From contig JAWOID010000018.1 of assembly GCA_046484865.1 (NCBI GenBank), positions 32,001 to 96,000 of the forward strand: a DNA stretch of 64,000 nt, written 5' to 3'. Numbering within the stretch: the first letter of the stretch is position 1; each line of letters opens with the position of its first letter. Below are positions 28,820-38,348 of the stretch, in pieces. Source of the stretch: Candidatus Krumholzibacteriia bacterium (lineage in GTDB: Bacteria; Krumholzibacteriota; Krumholzibacteriia; LZORAL124-64-63). A model generated the notes under the pieces. That model was given only the letters and a program-made list of their open reading frames with translations. It made no database searches and was not told the DNA's origin. Position numbers and translations under genes: made by a program.

Positions 28820-30678
28820 GGCTTCGCCTCCTCCTCGAGTTCCGCCAGCAGCCTGTGGAGATGCTCCTCGTCGCCGCCCGCCTCCAGGGCGCGCCGCAGC
28901 ACCGCCCTGGCCTCGTCGGTCCGGCCGAGGGCACGCAGGGTGAGCCCCATGTGCTCCAGGATCACCGGATTCTCGGGGAATGCGTTCGCCGCTTCGACCA
29001 GCCGGTCGAACGCCGCCTCGTACTCGCCCCTCTGGTAGTGGACCCAGCCGAGCGAGTCGAGGTACGCACCGTTGTCCGGTTCCACCTTCAGCGCGGCCCG
29101 GATCAACTGCTCGGCGTGATCGAGATCTTCGCCCCGCTCCGCCAGCATGTAGCCCAGCGTGTTCGCCAGGTCGGCCTCCTCGGGAAACTCGCGGCGGAGT
29201 TGCTCGAGCAGCTCGCGCGCGGCCTCCGGCTGGCCGAGCTCGTCCTTGCAGAAGGCGAGCTGCACGCGGGCATCGAGGCGCAGCTCCGGGTCTCCCGCCG
29301 CGACGACGAAGTGCTCCGCGGCCCGCCCGAGTTCGCCGAGCGTCCGGAACGCATGGCCGAGGACCATGTGCCCGGGGTGATCGCCGGCCTGCACCATCGC
29401 CGCCGCCGCGTCACTCTGCTGCCGCAACTCGCCCCGGAAGGCCACGGCTGACGCCGTCGTCGCCGTGCTGTCCAGGTCAGAACCGCCGGCCAGCAGCAGG
29501 ATCTGCACCAGGGTGGTGCGCACGTCCGGTTCGTACGGCTCCAGCTCCGCCGCGCGCCGCAGGTGGGGCAGCGCATCGTCGAACCTGCGCTGCCGCGCCA
29601 GAAGCCGGCCCTGAAGGTACTCGGCCCAGCCCGAATCGGGCCAGCGCGCCCGCACCTCCCCGATCACCTCCTCGGCCTCCTCGCCGTCGCCCAGGCCCAG
29701 CAGGAGCCGGCCCAGCCAGAGGCTCTCCTCCTCGCCGGGCCGGCCACCGCCGCGCCGTTGCTGCAGGATGGCCACGGCCTCCCGGTAGTGGCCCCGGCGC
29801 GCCAGCAGGTCCGCCAGTTCCAGCCCGTACGACCGGGCGGCGGCGTTCTGCGCTCCCGCCTCCACACCGTCCCGATCGCCGGACGCCTCGCCTTGCGCCA
29901 CGGCCAGGGAGTCGGCCGTCGTCGCCAGGTTCCGGGCAGCCTCGAGCCGTTCGTCGTCGACGAGCAGGTGCAAGAGGCCGAGCCGGAGCGGACGCGAGTC
30001 CGGCGCGACGGTGAGGGCCTCGCGCAGCAGCTGCTCGAGTTCGGCACGATCGCCGTGGCGTTCGATCAGCGACGCCATCATCACGTAGATCTGCTCCGCC
30101 TGTTCGGGCCGGTCGCGCAGCAGGAGCCGATACGTCGCCAGGGCCTCGTCCGTGCGCCCCACCTGCACCAGCAGGCCCGCCTCCAGCAACGCCAGGTCCC
30201 CGTCGTGCTCCAGCGAGCCGACCGTCACGGAGTCGGCCCCGGCAGCCTCGAGGGTCTTGACCAGGGCGACCTGCCGCAGCGCATCCTCGTACCGGCCCAG
30301 ATCGGCGAGCAGCAGCGCGCGCTGCTGCTCCAGATCGCGGCGGTCGGGATGAACGGCGCGCAGCGCGTCGAGCACCTTCAGCGCCTCCCCGCGCTGACCG
30401 GTCGCCAGCAGGGCCGACAGGTACGGCAGCGCGAACTCCTCCTGGTCCGGCGCGGCGAGATAGGCCGTGGACAGGTGCACCAGGGCTTCCCGCAGCTCGC
30501 CCCGCTCGAGCAGCCCCTTGCCCAGGAGATACGCCGAGGCGGATCCCTGCGGCAGGCTCTCGCTCACCAGAGAGTCGGGACGCACCACGTCGGGCGGCAG
30601 TCCGCGGCCCGCCGGCAAGTCGGCCGGAACCGCCACCGACAGCAGCAGCGACCAGATCAGGATCAGAGGATAGGGCAT
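28816..30678 (-). CDS. Exported tetratricopeptide repeat protein
   Basis: Signal peptide; many TPRs; C-terminal NTLGYMLAE...AYLDSLGWVHY...ILEHMG pattern. Confidence 0.9.
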   Translation of the reverse strand: MPYPLILIWSLLLSVAVPADLPAGRGLPPDVVRPDSLVSESLPQGSASAYLLGKGLLERGELREALVHLSTAYLAAPDQEEFALPYLSALLATGQRGEALKVLDALRAVHPDRRDLEQQRALLLADLGRYEDALRQVALVKTLEAAGADSVTVGSLEHDGDLALLEAGLLVQVGRTDEALATYRLLLRDRPEQAEQIYVMMASLIERHGDRAELEQLLREALTVAPDSRPLRLGLLHLLVDDERLEAARNLATTADSLAVAQGEASGDRDGVEAGAQNAAARSYGLELADLLARRGHYREAVAILQQRRGGGRPGEEESLWLGRLLLGLGDGEEAEEVIGEVRARWPDSGWAEYLQGRLLARQRRFDDALPHLRRAAELEPYEPDVRTTLVQILLLAGGSDLDSTATTASAVAFRGELRQQSDAAAAMVQAGDHPGHMVLGHAFRTLGELGRAAEHFVVAAGDPELRLDARVQLAFCKDELGQPEAARELLEQLRREFPEEADLANTLGYMLAERGEDLDHAEQLIRAALKVEPDNGAYLDSLGWVHYQRGEYEAAFDRLVEAANAFPENPVILEHMGLTLRALGRTDEARAVLRRALEAGGDEEHLHRLLAELEEEAKP

Positions 30679-30721
30679 GCTTTCGCCTTCGGCGCGGGGC
30701 TGGGAACGCGCACATCGGGGT

Positions 30722-31531
30722 TCAATCGGGCAGGCCGTCGAGAAGTTCCGGGTCGTTCTCCAGCCGCTCGAGGGCCTCCCGTGCCGCACGTTGCTCGGCC
30801 GTCTTCTTGTTGCGCCCCTCTCCCTGGCCCAGTAGCACGCCGTTGAAGCTCACCCCGACGCTGAAGACGCGCGCGTGATCGGGGCCTTCCGCGGAAACCA
30901 CCCGGTAACGCGGCGGCGTCTTGTAGCGGGCCTGGATCAGCTCCTGCAGCCGGCTCTTGTAGTTGCCCAGCGAGCGCCGCGCCAGTACCCGGTCACTGCC
31001 GTCCAGGATCGCGCGCCGGATCACGCCGTGGGCTGCGACCAGGCCTCCGTCGAGGTAGACCGCGCCGATGAGCGCCTCCATGGTATCGGCCAGGATGCTC
31101 GACCGCTTGCGCCCGCCGGTGGCGGCCTCGCTGCGGCTCATCTGGATATGGTCGCCGAGCGACAGGTCGCCGGCCACCTCCGACAGGCGGGTACCGCAGA
31201 CGAGGAGCGACTTCATCTTGGTGAGGTCCCCTTCCGAGCGTTCGGGGAAGCGCCGGAACAGGTACTCGTTGACCACCAGGCCGAGGACCGCGTCGCCCAG
31301 GAATTCCAGGCGCTCGTTCGACTGCACGCGGTCGTTGCGGGTGACATGGATGTGCGACCGGTGCAGGAGCGCACGCTCGAGGAGTTCCAGGTCGGTGAAG
31401 GCGTAGCCGAGCTTCGCCTGCAAGACGTCGTGGTGTTCGAATCGCTGGAGCGGCACCCCGGGTTCGGCTTGCTCCTTGCCCGGACCGCGCAACAGGCCGC
31501 GAAGTCGTCGCCAGGCGCCCGTCATCATCAT
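30722..31531 (-). CDS. rnc: Ribonuclease III
   Basis: [25 protein letters not shown], dsRBD ([21 protein letters not shown]). Confidence 0.97.
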   Translation of the reverse strand: MMMTGAWRRLRGLLRGPGKEQAEPGVPLQRFEHHDVLQAKLGYAFTDLELLERALLHRSHIHVTRNDRVQSNERLEFLGDAVLGLVVNEYLFRRFPERSEGDLTKMKSLLVCGTRLSEVAGDLSLGDHIQMSRSEAATGGRKRSSILADTMEALIGAVYLDGGLVAAHGVIRRAILDGSDRVLARRSLGNYKSRLQELIQARYKTPPRYRVVSAEGPDHARVFSVGVSFNGVLLGQGEGRNKKTAEQRAAREALERLENDPELLDGLPD

Positions 31532-31555
31532 GTTTGCGGCCTTCTCTGCCGGGTC

Positions 31556-32794
31556 TCAGCGTCGCGCACCGAAGCAGAGCGAGACGTTGTGCCCTCCGAA
31601 GCCGAACGAGTTCGAGAGCGCGTACTCGACGTCGCGCTCCACCGACTGGTTGGGGCAGTAATCGAGATCGCACTCGGGGTCGGGGGTCTGCAGGTTGATG
31701 GTGGGCGGCAGCACGCCGTGGTGCAGGGCCAGCACGGTGACGGCCGCTTCCAGGCCACCGGCCGCGCCGAGAGTGTGCCCGACCATCGACTTCGTGGCAC
31801 TGACGATCAGGGAGTCCGCATGGGCGCCGAAGGTGTCGCGAATCGCCTTGGTCTCGATCTTGTCGTTGTACGGCGTCGACGTCCCGTGCGCGTTGATGTA
31901 GCCGATGGCCTCGGGCTGCAGCCCCGCGCTCTCGATCGCCAGGCGCATGCAGCCGGCGCCGCCGACGCCGTCGTTGTCCGGCTGGGTCATGTGGAACGCG
32001 TCCGCGGTGGCACCATAGCTCACCATCTCGCCCAGGATCGCGGCGCCGCGGCGACGGGCATGCTCCTCCTCCTCCAGCACGAGCACCCCGGCGCCTTCGC
32101 CCAGCACGAACCCGTCGCGCTCCGCGTCGAAAGGGCGGCTGGCGTGGGTCGGGTCGTCGTTGCGGGTGGAGAGGGCCTTCATGTTCCCGAAGCCGGCCAG
32201 CGCGCATGGCGAGATCGTCGCCTCGCTGCCGCCCGTGATCATGACGTCGGCCTGGCCGAGACGGATCTGATCGAAGGCGCAGGCGAGCGCATGCCCGCCC
32301 GAGGCGCACGCCGAGACCGTGCAGAAGTTCGCGCCCCGGAAACCGTACCTGATCGAGATCAGTCCCGCCGCCATGTCGGCGATCATCATGGGGATGAAGA
32401 GCGGCGACACGCGCGACGGCCCCCGCTCCAGCAACCGCTTGTGCTGCTCTTCCCAGGTGATCATGCCGCCGATGCCCGAGGCGACGATCACGCCGGCGCG
32501 GAACGGATCCCGCACCTCGCCGACGCCCGCCTGCTCCATCGCCTGTCGTGCCGCATCCATGGCGAACTGGCAGAAACGGTCGGCCTTGCGCGCTTCCTTG
32601 GGTTCCATCGACCGGTGCGGGTCGAAGTCCCGCACCTCGGCGGCGAACTGCGTCCGGTACTCGCCGGCATCGAAGGACTCGATCGGGCCCACGCCGTTGC
32701 GGCCCGCCACGAGCGCCTCCCAGGAAGCGTCCCGATCCTTGCCGACCGCCGTGACGAGACCCAGACCCGTGACCACGACTTTCCGGTGCTCCAA
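31556..32794 (-). CDS. fabF: Beta-ketoacyl-ACP synthase II
   Basis: VVVTGLG, VSACASG, INAHGTST, ATKSMVGH, SNSFGFGGHN. Confidence 0.97.
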   Translation of the reverse strand: MEHRKVVVTGLGLVTAVGKDRDASWEALVAGRNGVGPIESFDAGEYRTQFAAEVRDFDPHRSMEPKEARKADRFCQFAMDAARQAMEQAGVGEVRDPFRAGVIVASGIGGMITWEEQHKRLLERGPSRVSPLFIPMMIADMAAGLISIRYGFRGANFCTVSACASGGHALACAFDQIRLGQADVMITGGSEATISPCALAGFGNMKALSTRNDDPTHASRPFDAERDGFVLGEGAGVLVLEEEEHARRRGAAILGEMVSYGATADAFHMTQPDNDGVGGAGCMRLAIESAGLQPEAIGYINAHGTSTPYNDKIETKAIRDTFGAHADSLIVSATKSMVGHTLGAAGGLEAAVTVLALHHGVLPPTINLQTPDPECDLDYCPNQSVERDVEYALSNSFGFGGHNVSLCFGARR

Positions 32795-32960
32795 CGCTCC
32801 AGACCTCCGTGCGCGCGGGCCCCCCGGCCCGCTTCCCCTGAGTTGCTGACGACGCGGCGAACTGTCGGCGGCGCCGAAACCAGAACCCGGTCTCGCCCGC
32901 CTCCGCGGCCGAGACCGGGATTCAAGCCCGATCCTGCGCCGGTACGGCCGACGCTCGACG

Positions 32961-33200
32961 TCAGCTCTCGAGGTGCGCTTCCAGGTAGTCGATGGCGTCC
33001 TGGACGGTCCGCAGCTTCTCCTGATCCTCCTCGGGGATCGTGATGTTGAACTGCTCCTCCAGGTCCATCACCAGTTCCACCGTGTCCAGCGAATCGGCCC
33101 CCAGATCCTCCGTGAACGACGCCTCCGGCGTGATCTGCTCGGGGTTCACCGAGAGCTTGCGCTCGATGATCTCGTACACCTTGTCCTGAATCGACGCCAT
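32961..33200 (-). CDS. acpP: Acyl carrier protein
   Basis: [14 protein letters not shown]. Confidence 0.98.
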   Translation of the reverse strand: MASIQDKVYEIIERKLSVNPEQITPEASFTEDLGADSLDTVELVMDLEEQFNITIPEEDQEKLRTVQDAIDYLEAHLES

Positions 33201-33233
33201 TCTGACGTTTCCTCCTGAGAGTGCGAATCGTGC

Positions 33234-33995
33234 TCAGGCCATCATGCCGCCGTCCACCACCAGCACCTGGCCGGTGATGTAGGCCGCGTCCGGGGAGAGC
33301 AAGAAACTGACGGCTCCCGCGACGTCATCGCCATCGCCGAACCGTCTGAGGGGTATCCGCCGGAGCATGTCCTCCTTGACCTTGTCGGGCAGGGATGCCG
33401 TCATATCCGTGGTGACGTACCCCGGCGCAACGACGTTGGCCGTCACGTGACGGCCGCCCAGTTCCCTCGCGACCGACTTGGTCAAGGCGACGATTCCAGC
33501 CTTGCTCGCCGCGTAGTTGACCTGCCCGGCGTTGCCGGACATGCCGATCACGGACGAGATGCTGACGATCCTCCCCTCTCTCCGGCGCATCATAAGAGGG
33601 GCCACCGCCCTTGTAAAGTAGAACGTCCCGTTGAGGTTCGTATCGATAACCGATTGCCAGTCCTCCGGTTTCATGCGCACGAGCAAGGCGTCGCGGGTGA
33701 TCCCGGCGTTGTTCACCAGACCGTGGATCTCGCCCAGGTCGCTGGACGCCTGCTGGACCACCTCCTCCACGCGCGACGCGTCCACGATGTCGGCGGTGTA
33801 GGTCCGCACCTCCGCCGTGCCGCCGCCGATCTCGGCCGCGACCGCGGCGAGCTTCGCCTCGTCACGCGCGACCAGGGCCAGCGGCCACCCGTCGCGGGCC
33901 AGGCGCGCGGCGATGGCCCGTCCGATACCGCGACTGGCGCCGGTGACGATCACCGCGCCGCGCGACACTCCGGATCCGGCTTCGTTCGCGACCAT
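33234..33995 (-). CDS. fabG: 3-oxoacyl-ACP reductase
   Basis: TGASRGIG, NNAGITRD, NYAASKAG. Confidence 0.96.
   Translation of the reverse strand: MVANEAGSGVSRGAVIVTGASRGIGRAIAARLARDGWPLALVARDEAKLAAVAAEIGGGTAEVRTYTADIVDASRVEEVVQQASSDLGEIHGLVNNAGITRDALLVRMKPEDWQSVIDTNLNGTFYFTRAVAPLMMRRREGRIVSISSVIGMSGNAGQVNYAASKAGIVALTKSVARELGGRHVTANVVAPGYVTTDMTASLPDKVKEDMLRRIPLRRFGDGDDVAGAVSFLLSPDAAYITGQVLVVDGGMMA
33589..33617 (-). promoter_or_regulatory. Internal sigma70 promoter within fabG (likely for acpP-fabF-rnc)
   Basis: TTTACA-N17-TATGAT in a patch of AT-rich, atypical codons. Confidence 0.6.
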
Positions 33996-34074
33996 GATCT
34001 CAGCTCCTTCCGTACCGCGGTTCGGGGGGCATGCGGCCGGCACCGCCGCGTTGCCGGGCCACGATCTCGATCCG

Positions 34075-35034
34075 TCAGATCCCGTGCTCGTCCAGGAGAG
34101 CGTCGATCCGCTCCAGATCGTCCACCGTGCCCACCGCCGCGAAGGCGACCTCCGGGTACTCCCGGCGGGCGAGGTTCGACAGCACCTTGCCGGGGCCCAC
34201 CTCCAGCACCAGCCTGGGCGCCTCGCCGGTCTCGGGACGGCAGATGCGTTCCATCGTCTCCTGCCAGCGTACCGGCGCGGTGAGCTGGCGCTCGAAACCG
34301 GCCCGCAACTCGGCCGCGGTGCTCACGGGCTCCGCGCTGACGTTCGCCACCAGGGGCATCACGGGGTCGGCCACCTCCAGCGCGGCCAGGAAGGTGGCGA
34401 ACGACCGCGCCGTGCCCTCCAGCAGCGGCGAGTGGAACGCGCCGCTGACGTTCAGCGGCACCACGCGCCGGGCCCCGGCCGCGACGAGGGCCGCCGACGC
34501 GGCTTCCACCGCCTTCACCTCGCCCGAGATCGCCACCTGGACGGCAGAGTTGTGATTCGCCACGACGACCACGCCGTGCTCCCGCGCGACCTCGGCGCAG
34601 ACCTCCGCCACGCGGGCGGCCGAGAGCCCCAGGACGGCGGCCATCGCGCCGGGCTGTTCGCGGCCGGCGGCGAACATCAGCTCGCCGCGGCGACGGACCG
34701 CCATCAGCCCGTCGTCGGGGGCCAGCGCGCCGGCCGCCACGGCGGCGGAGTACTCGCCGAGCGAGTGGCCGGCGACGATCGACGGCGCCACGCCGCGATC
34801 GAGCAGGGCCAGGACCACGGCCACCGAGTGCGCCAGGATCGCGGGCTGCGCGTGATGCGTCTGCGTGAGGATGTCGGCCGGCCCCTCGAACATCACCCTG
34901 GTGAGCCGGTGCTCCAGGATCCGATCCACGCGGCACAGGAAGTCGGCCGCGGGGCCGCTGCCGCCGGCCAGATCCCGGGCCATCCCGACCACCTGCGAGG
35001 CCTGCCCGGGGAAGATCATCGGCACCAGACGCAT
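34075..35034 (-). CDS. fabD: Malonyl-CoA:ACP transacylase
   Basis: FPGQAS, AQPAIL, AGHSLGEY, VSGAFHSPL, EVGPGKVL. Confidence 0.96.
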   Translation of the reverse strand: MRLVPMIFPGQASQVVGMARDLAGGSGPAADFLCRVDRILEHRLTRVMFEGPADILTQTHHAQPAILAHSVAVVLALLDRGVAPSIVAGHSLGEYSAAVAAGALAPDDGLMAVRRRGELMFAAGREQPGAMAAVLGLSAARVAEVCAEVAREHGVVVVANHNSAVQVAISGEVKAVEAASAALVAAGARRVVPLNVSGAFHSPLLEGTARSFATFLAALEVADPVMPLVANVSAEPVSTAAELRAGFERQLTAPVRWQETMERICRPETGEAPRLVLEVGPGKVLSNLARREYPEVAFAAVGTVDDLERIDALLDEHGI

Positions 35035-35078
35035 GGTCGTGCGGCTCCTCCGGTGAACCCGGCTGGACAGCCCGAACT

Positions 35079-36074
35079 TCAGGCGGCCAGGGTGGCCTGC
35101 AGCTTGCGTGGAATGGCGAGTTGCACCTGACGGTGCGCCACCCGCACGGCATTCGCGATGGCGCGGCTGGTGCTGCGCCCGTGGCTGATGATGGAGACGC
35201 CCTCGATCCCCAGGAGCAGGGCCCCTCCATAGCGTTCGTAGGAGAAGTGCTCCTGCAGGAAGGCCAGGAGCGGCCGCAGAGCGCTGCGGGCGGCGGGTTC
35301 CATGTCGCTCCGGCTGCCGAGCCCGGCGAGGAACTGACCGATCCCCTCCACCAGCTTCAGGACGATGTTGCCGGTGTAGCCGTCGGTGACCACGACGTCG
35401 GCGGCGTCCTGGAGCAGGCGGTTGCTCTCGACGTTGCCCACGAAGTGCAGCCCCGAACTCCTCAGCAGCTCGTGGGCCGCCACCGTCAGTTCGTTGCCCT
35501 TGGTGGCCTCCTCGCCGATGTTCAGCAGCCCCACCGTGGGATCGGGGACGCGCAACATCTCGCGGGCGTAAAGGGCGCCCATGCGCGCGAAGGTGAGCAG
35601 GTGTTCCGGCGTGCACTGCACGTTCGCGCCGGCGTCCACCAGGAGGATCTCGCCGCCGACGGTGGGCACCACCGTGGCGATCGCAGGCCGGTCGACCGAC
35701 GGCAGCCGTCCCAGGATCAGCAGGCTGGCCGCCACCATGGCGCCGGTGCTGCCTGCACTCACCACCGCATCCACCCCGCCTTCGGCCTGATCGCGCATGG
35801 CGCGGACGATGGGCGAGTCGGGACGGCTGCGAATGGCCGTCGCCGGCGACTCGTTCATCGCGATCGCCTGGCTGCAGGGCACCACCTCGATCGTGGAATC
35901 GTCGGCGCGTCCGCCGAGCTCCGAGCGGATCGCGACCTCGTCGCCGTAGAGCCTCAGGCGGAAACCACCCTCGCCGTCCAGCGCCGCCAGCGCGCCGGGG
36001 ACCACGACGGCAGGTCCCACGTCGCCCCCCATGGCATCCACGCCCACCACCGGCACCCGTCGGGCCTCGCTCAC
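35079..36074 (-). CDS. plsX: Phosphate acyltransferase PlsX
   Basis: VDAMGGD, SAGSTGA, DAGAN, LLNIGEEATKG, TDGYTGN, SHGRS. Confidence 0.96.
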   Translation of the reverse strand: MSEARRVPVVGVDAMGGDVGPAVVVPGALAALDGEGGFRLRLYGDEVAIRSELGGRADDSTIEVVPCSQAIAMNESPATAIRSRPDSPIVRAMRDQAEGGVDAVVSAGSTGAMVAASLLILGRLPSVDRPAIATVVPTVGGEILLVDAGANVQCTPEHLLTFARMGALYAREMLRVPDPTVGLLNIGEEATKGNELTVAAHELLRSSGLHFVGNVESNRLLQDAADVVVTDGYTGNIVLKLVEGIGQFLAGLGSRSDMEPAARSALRPLLAFLQEHFSYERYGGALLLGIEGVSIISHGRSTSRAIANAVRVAHRQVQLAIPRKLQATLAA

Positions 36075-36142
36075 GCTCGCGACCTCCCCCGCTCGGGATC
36101 GTCACGCCACCCCGGCCGAGAGCCGAAACGGCAGGCGACGAT

Positions 36143-36322
36143 CTACGATTCGACCACCAGCACCTCGCGTTCGCCGTAGAATCCGCACTCTCGACAGACG
36201 CGATGCGGCAGGCGCGGCGCGCTGCAGTGGGGGCACTTGTTGGGGTCCGGCTTGGTCAGGTGCCAGTTGGCGCGACGAAGCCCCTTCTTGGACTTGCTGG
36301 TCTTCTTCTTCGGAACGGCCAT
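36143..36322 (-). CDS. rpmF: 50S ribosomal protein L32 (zinc-ribbon form)
   Basis: MAVPKKKTSKSK, CPHC...HRVCRECGFY. Confidence 0.97.
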   Translation of the reverse strand: MAVPKKKTSKSKKGLRRANWHLTKPDPNKCPHCSAPRLPHRVCRECGFYGEREVLVVES

Positions 36323-36347
36323 GATGTCTCCTCCGCGCGCCGCGCGG

Positions 36348-36833
36348 TCAAGCGTCCGGCAACCCTTCCCAGCGCGGGTCGGGCGACTCCGGGTCACAGG
36401 TGCAGGGGCCCCGATTCAGGTCGGCTCCGCACTGGATGCAGAGGCCGCGGCAATCCTGGTCACACACGGTCACCAGCGGCACGGCCAGGATCGCGGACTC
36501 GCGCAGCGCGTCATCCAGATCCACCTCGCCAGTGCGCTGATGGATGACGAGGTGTTCGCCCTCGTCCTCCCCTTCTTGTTCGCCGCCCCGCAGGATCATG
36601 ATCTCCACCGGAACCGGGTAGGTCAGCTCGAACTCGGCCAGGCAGCGGCCGCATTCCCCGCGCCCGCGGGCGACGAGGTCGCCCCGGACGAGGAATCGCT
36701 TGCCGAGATTGTCGACCGCGAGTTCTCCCTCCAGCCGCACGGCGGCGGGCAGGGATCCCTCGAGCAACGCGAGGTCCTCGGCCACCAGAAGCGTGGAGCC
36801 ACCGGGTGGCGTCCGGTCCAGATCCAGTCTCAT
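36348..36833 (-). CDS. DUF177/YceD family protein
   Basis: CGRCL, CDQDCRGLCIQCGADLN, DPRW; upstream of rpmF. Confidence 0.92.
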   Translation of the reverse strand: MRLDLDRTPPGGSTLLVAEDLALLEGSLPAAVRLEGELAVDNLGKRFLVRGDLVARGRGECGRCLAEFELTYPVPVEIMILRGGEQEGEDEGEHLVIHQRTGEVDLDDALRESAILAVPLVTVCDQDCRGLCIQCGADLNRGPCTCDPESPDPRWEGLPDA

Positions 36834-36844
36834 GCGAGCGCCCA

Positions 36845-36873
36845 ACTCTAGGTTTGGAATCCGTTTATGTCAA
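36845..36873 (-). promoter_or_regulatory. sigma70 promoter of the yceD-rpmF-plsX-fab operon
   Basis: TTGACA-N17-TAGAGT; implies a nearly leaderless first mRNA. Confidence 0.7.
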
Positions 36874-36920
36874 GGAACGGGCCGGTGCGGCCGGCCCGTT
36901 CCCGTGCTCCGTGCGCCGCC

Positions 36921-37328
36921 TCAGGCGCCGAAGATGATGCCCAGCTCGCGCTCGGCGTCGTCCGCGCTCGCCGAGGCGTGCACCGCGTTCTGCTGCAGCG
37001 ACGTCCCGTGGAGGAAGCGCACCGTCCCGGTGGCCGCATCCCGGGGGTTGGTGGCCCCGATCAACTCGCGCAACCGCCGCACCGCGTCCTCCCGCTCGAG
37101 GCGCACCGCCACCACGGGCCCCGAGGCGATGTAGCCGACCAGATCGTCGAAGAACGGCTTGCCGCGGTGTTCGGCGTAGAACTCCTCGACCGTGGCCCGG
37201 TCGAGACGCCGCAGCGCTAGGTCGACGATGCGGAACCCCGACGCGTTCACCTGGGCGAGGATGGCCCCCACCTTCTGGTCGTCCGCGGCGACGATCTCGG
37301 GCTTGAGCATGAAGTAGGTCTGCTCCAT
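36921..37328 (-). CDS. ndk: Nucleoside diphosphate kinase
   Basis: MLKPE, FYAEHRGKPFF, SGPVVA, GATNP, NAVHAS (catalytic His). Confidence 0.93.
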   Translation of the reverse strand: MEQTYFMLKPEIVAADDQKVGAILAQVNASGFRIVDLALRRLDRATVEEFYAEHRGKPFFDDLVGYIASGPVVAVRLEREDAVRRLRELIGATNPRDAATGTVRFLHGTSLQQNAVHASASADDAERELGIIFGA

Positions 37329-37367
37329 GGCGCTCCCTCGCGGTCCCCGGGACCGCGGCAGCCGCTC

Positions 37368-38243
37368 TCAGCGGCGCCAGATCTCCTCGAGCCTGGGCAC
37401 GATGTCCCGGGGGCGGTCGGCCACCGGGATGCCCGCTCCTTCCAGCGCCTTCTTCTTCTCCGCGGCCGTTCCGGTACCGCCGGATACGATAGCGCCGGCA
37501 TGTCCCATCCGCTTGCCGGGAGGCGCCGTCTGACCGGCGATGAACGAGACCACCGGGATCTCGACGTTCGCGCTGATGTATTCGGCTGCGCGCTCCTCGG
37601 CATCGCCGCCGATCTCTCCGATCATCACCAGCGCCTCGGTGGCCGGATCGGCCGCGAAGGCCTTGATGGCGTCGAGGAAGCTGGTGCCGATGACGGGGTC
37701 GCCGCCGATGCCCAGACACGTGCTCTGGCCCAGCCCCGCCGCCGTCAGTTGCCAGACCACCTCGTAGGTGAGGGTGCCGCTGCGCGACACCACGCCCACG
37801 GTGCCTTCCTTCACGATCGAGGCCGGCATGATGCCCAGCTTGCAGATTCCCGGGGCCAGAAGCCCGGGGCAGTTGGGGCCGATCAGCCGCACGCCCCGCT
37901 CCTGCAGGTACGGCATGACCTTCACCATGTCCAGCGTCGGCACGCCCTCGGTGATGCAGACCACCAGCCCGATGCCGGCGTCCGCGGCCTCGAAGACCGC
38001 GCCCGCCGCCGCGAACGGCGGCACGAAGATGATGGACGTGTTGGCGCCGGTCTCGGCCACGGCGTCCTGCACGGTGTCGTACACGGGCACGCGGTCCTCG
38101 AACGTCTGACCGCCCTTGCCCGGGGTGACGCCCGCCACGACCTTGCTGCCGTAATCGAGCATCCCGCGCGTGTGGAAGCTGCCGTCGCGCCCGGTGATGC
38201 CCTGCACGACCACCTTGGTGGACTCGTCTACGAAGATCGCCAT
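37368..38243 (-). CDS. sucD: Succinate--CoA ligase alpha subunit
   Basis: [35 protein letters not shown]. Confidence 0.97.
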   Translation of the reverse strand: MAIFVDESTKVVVQGITGRDGSFHTRGMLDYGSKVVAGVTPGKGGQTFEDRVPVYDTVQDAVAETGANTSIIFVPPFAAAGAVFEAADAGIGLVVCITEGVPTLDMVKVMPYLQERGVRLIGPNCPGLLAPGICKLGIMPASIVKEGTVGVVSRSGTLTYEVVWQLTAAGLGQSTCLGIGGDPVIGTSFLDAIKAFAADPATEALVMIGEIGGDAEERAAEYISANVEIPVVSFIAGQTAPPGKRMGHAGAIVSGGTGTAAEKKKALEGAGIPVADRPRDIVPRLEEIWRR

Positions 38244-38348
38244 TTTGCGCTGCTCCTCTGTCTCGACGGACCGCGCCGCGCCCGCGGCGTCGGGCCGCCC
38301 GCCATCGCGGGCCTGGCCCGGACAGCGATGCCCTGGGGCGACGTCCGC

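Noticed and set aside
36921..37328. ndk as a pseudogene because of NAVHASAS instead of NxxHGSDS
   Set aside because: The ORF is full length and intact, with the catalytic His and other core residues retained
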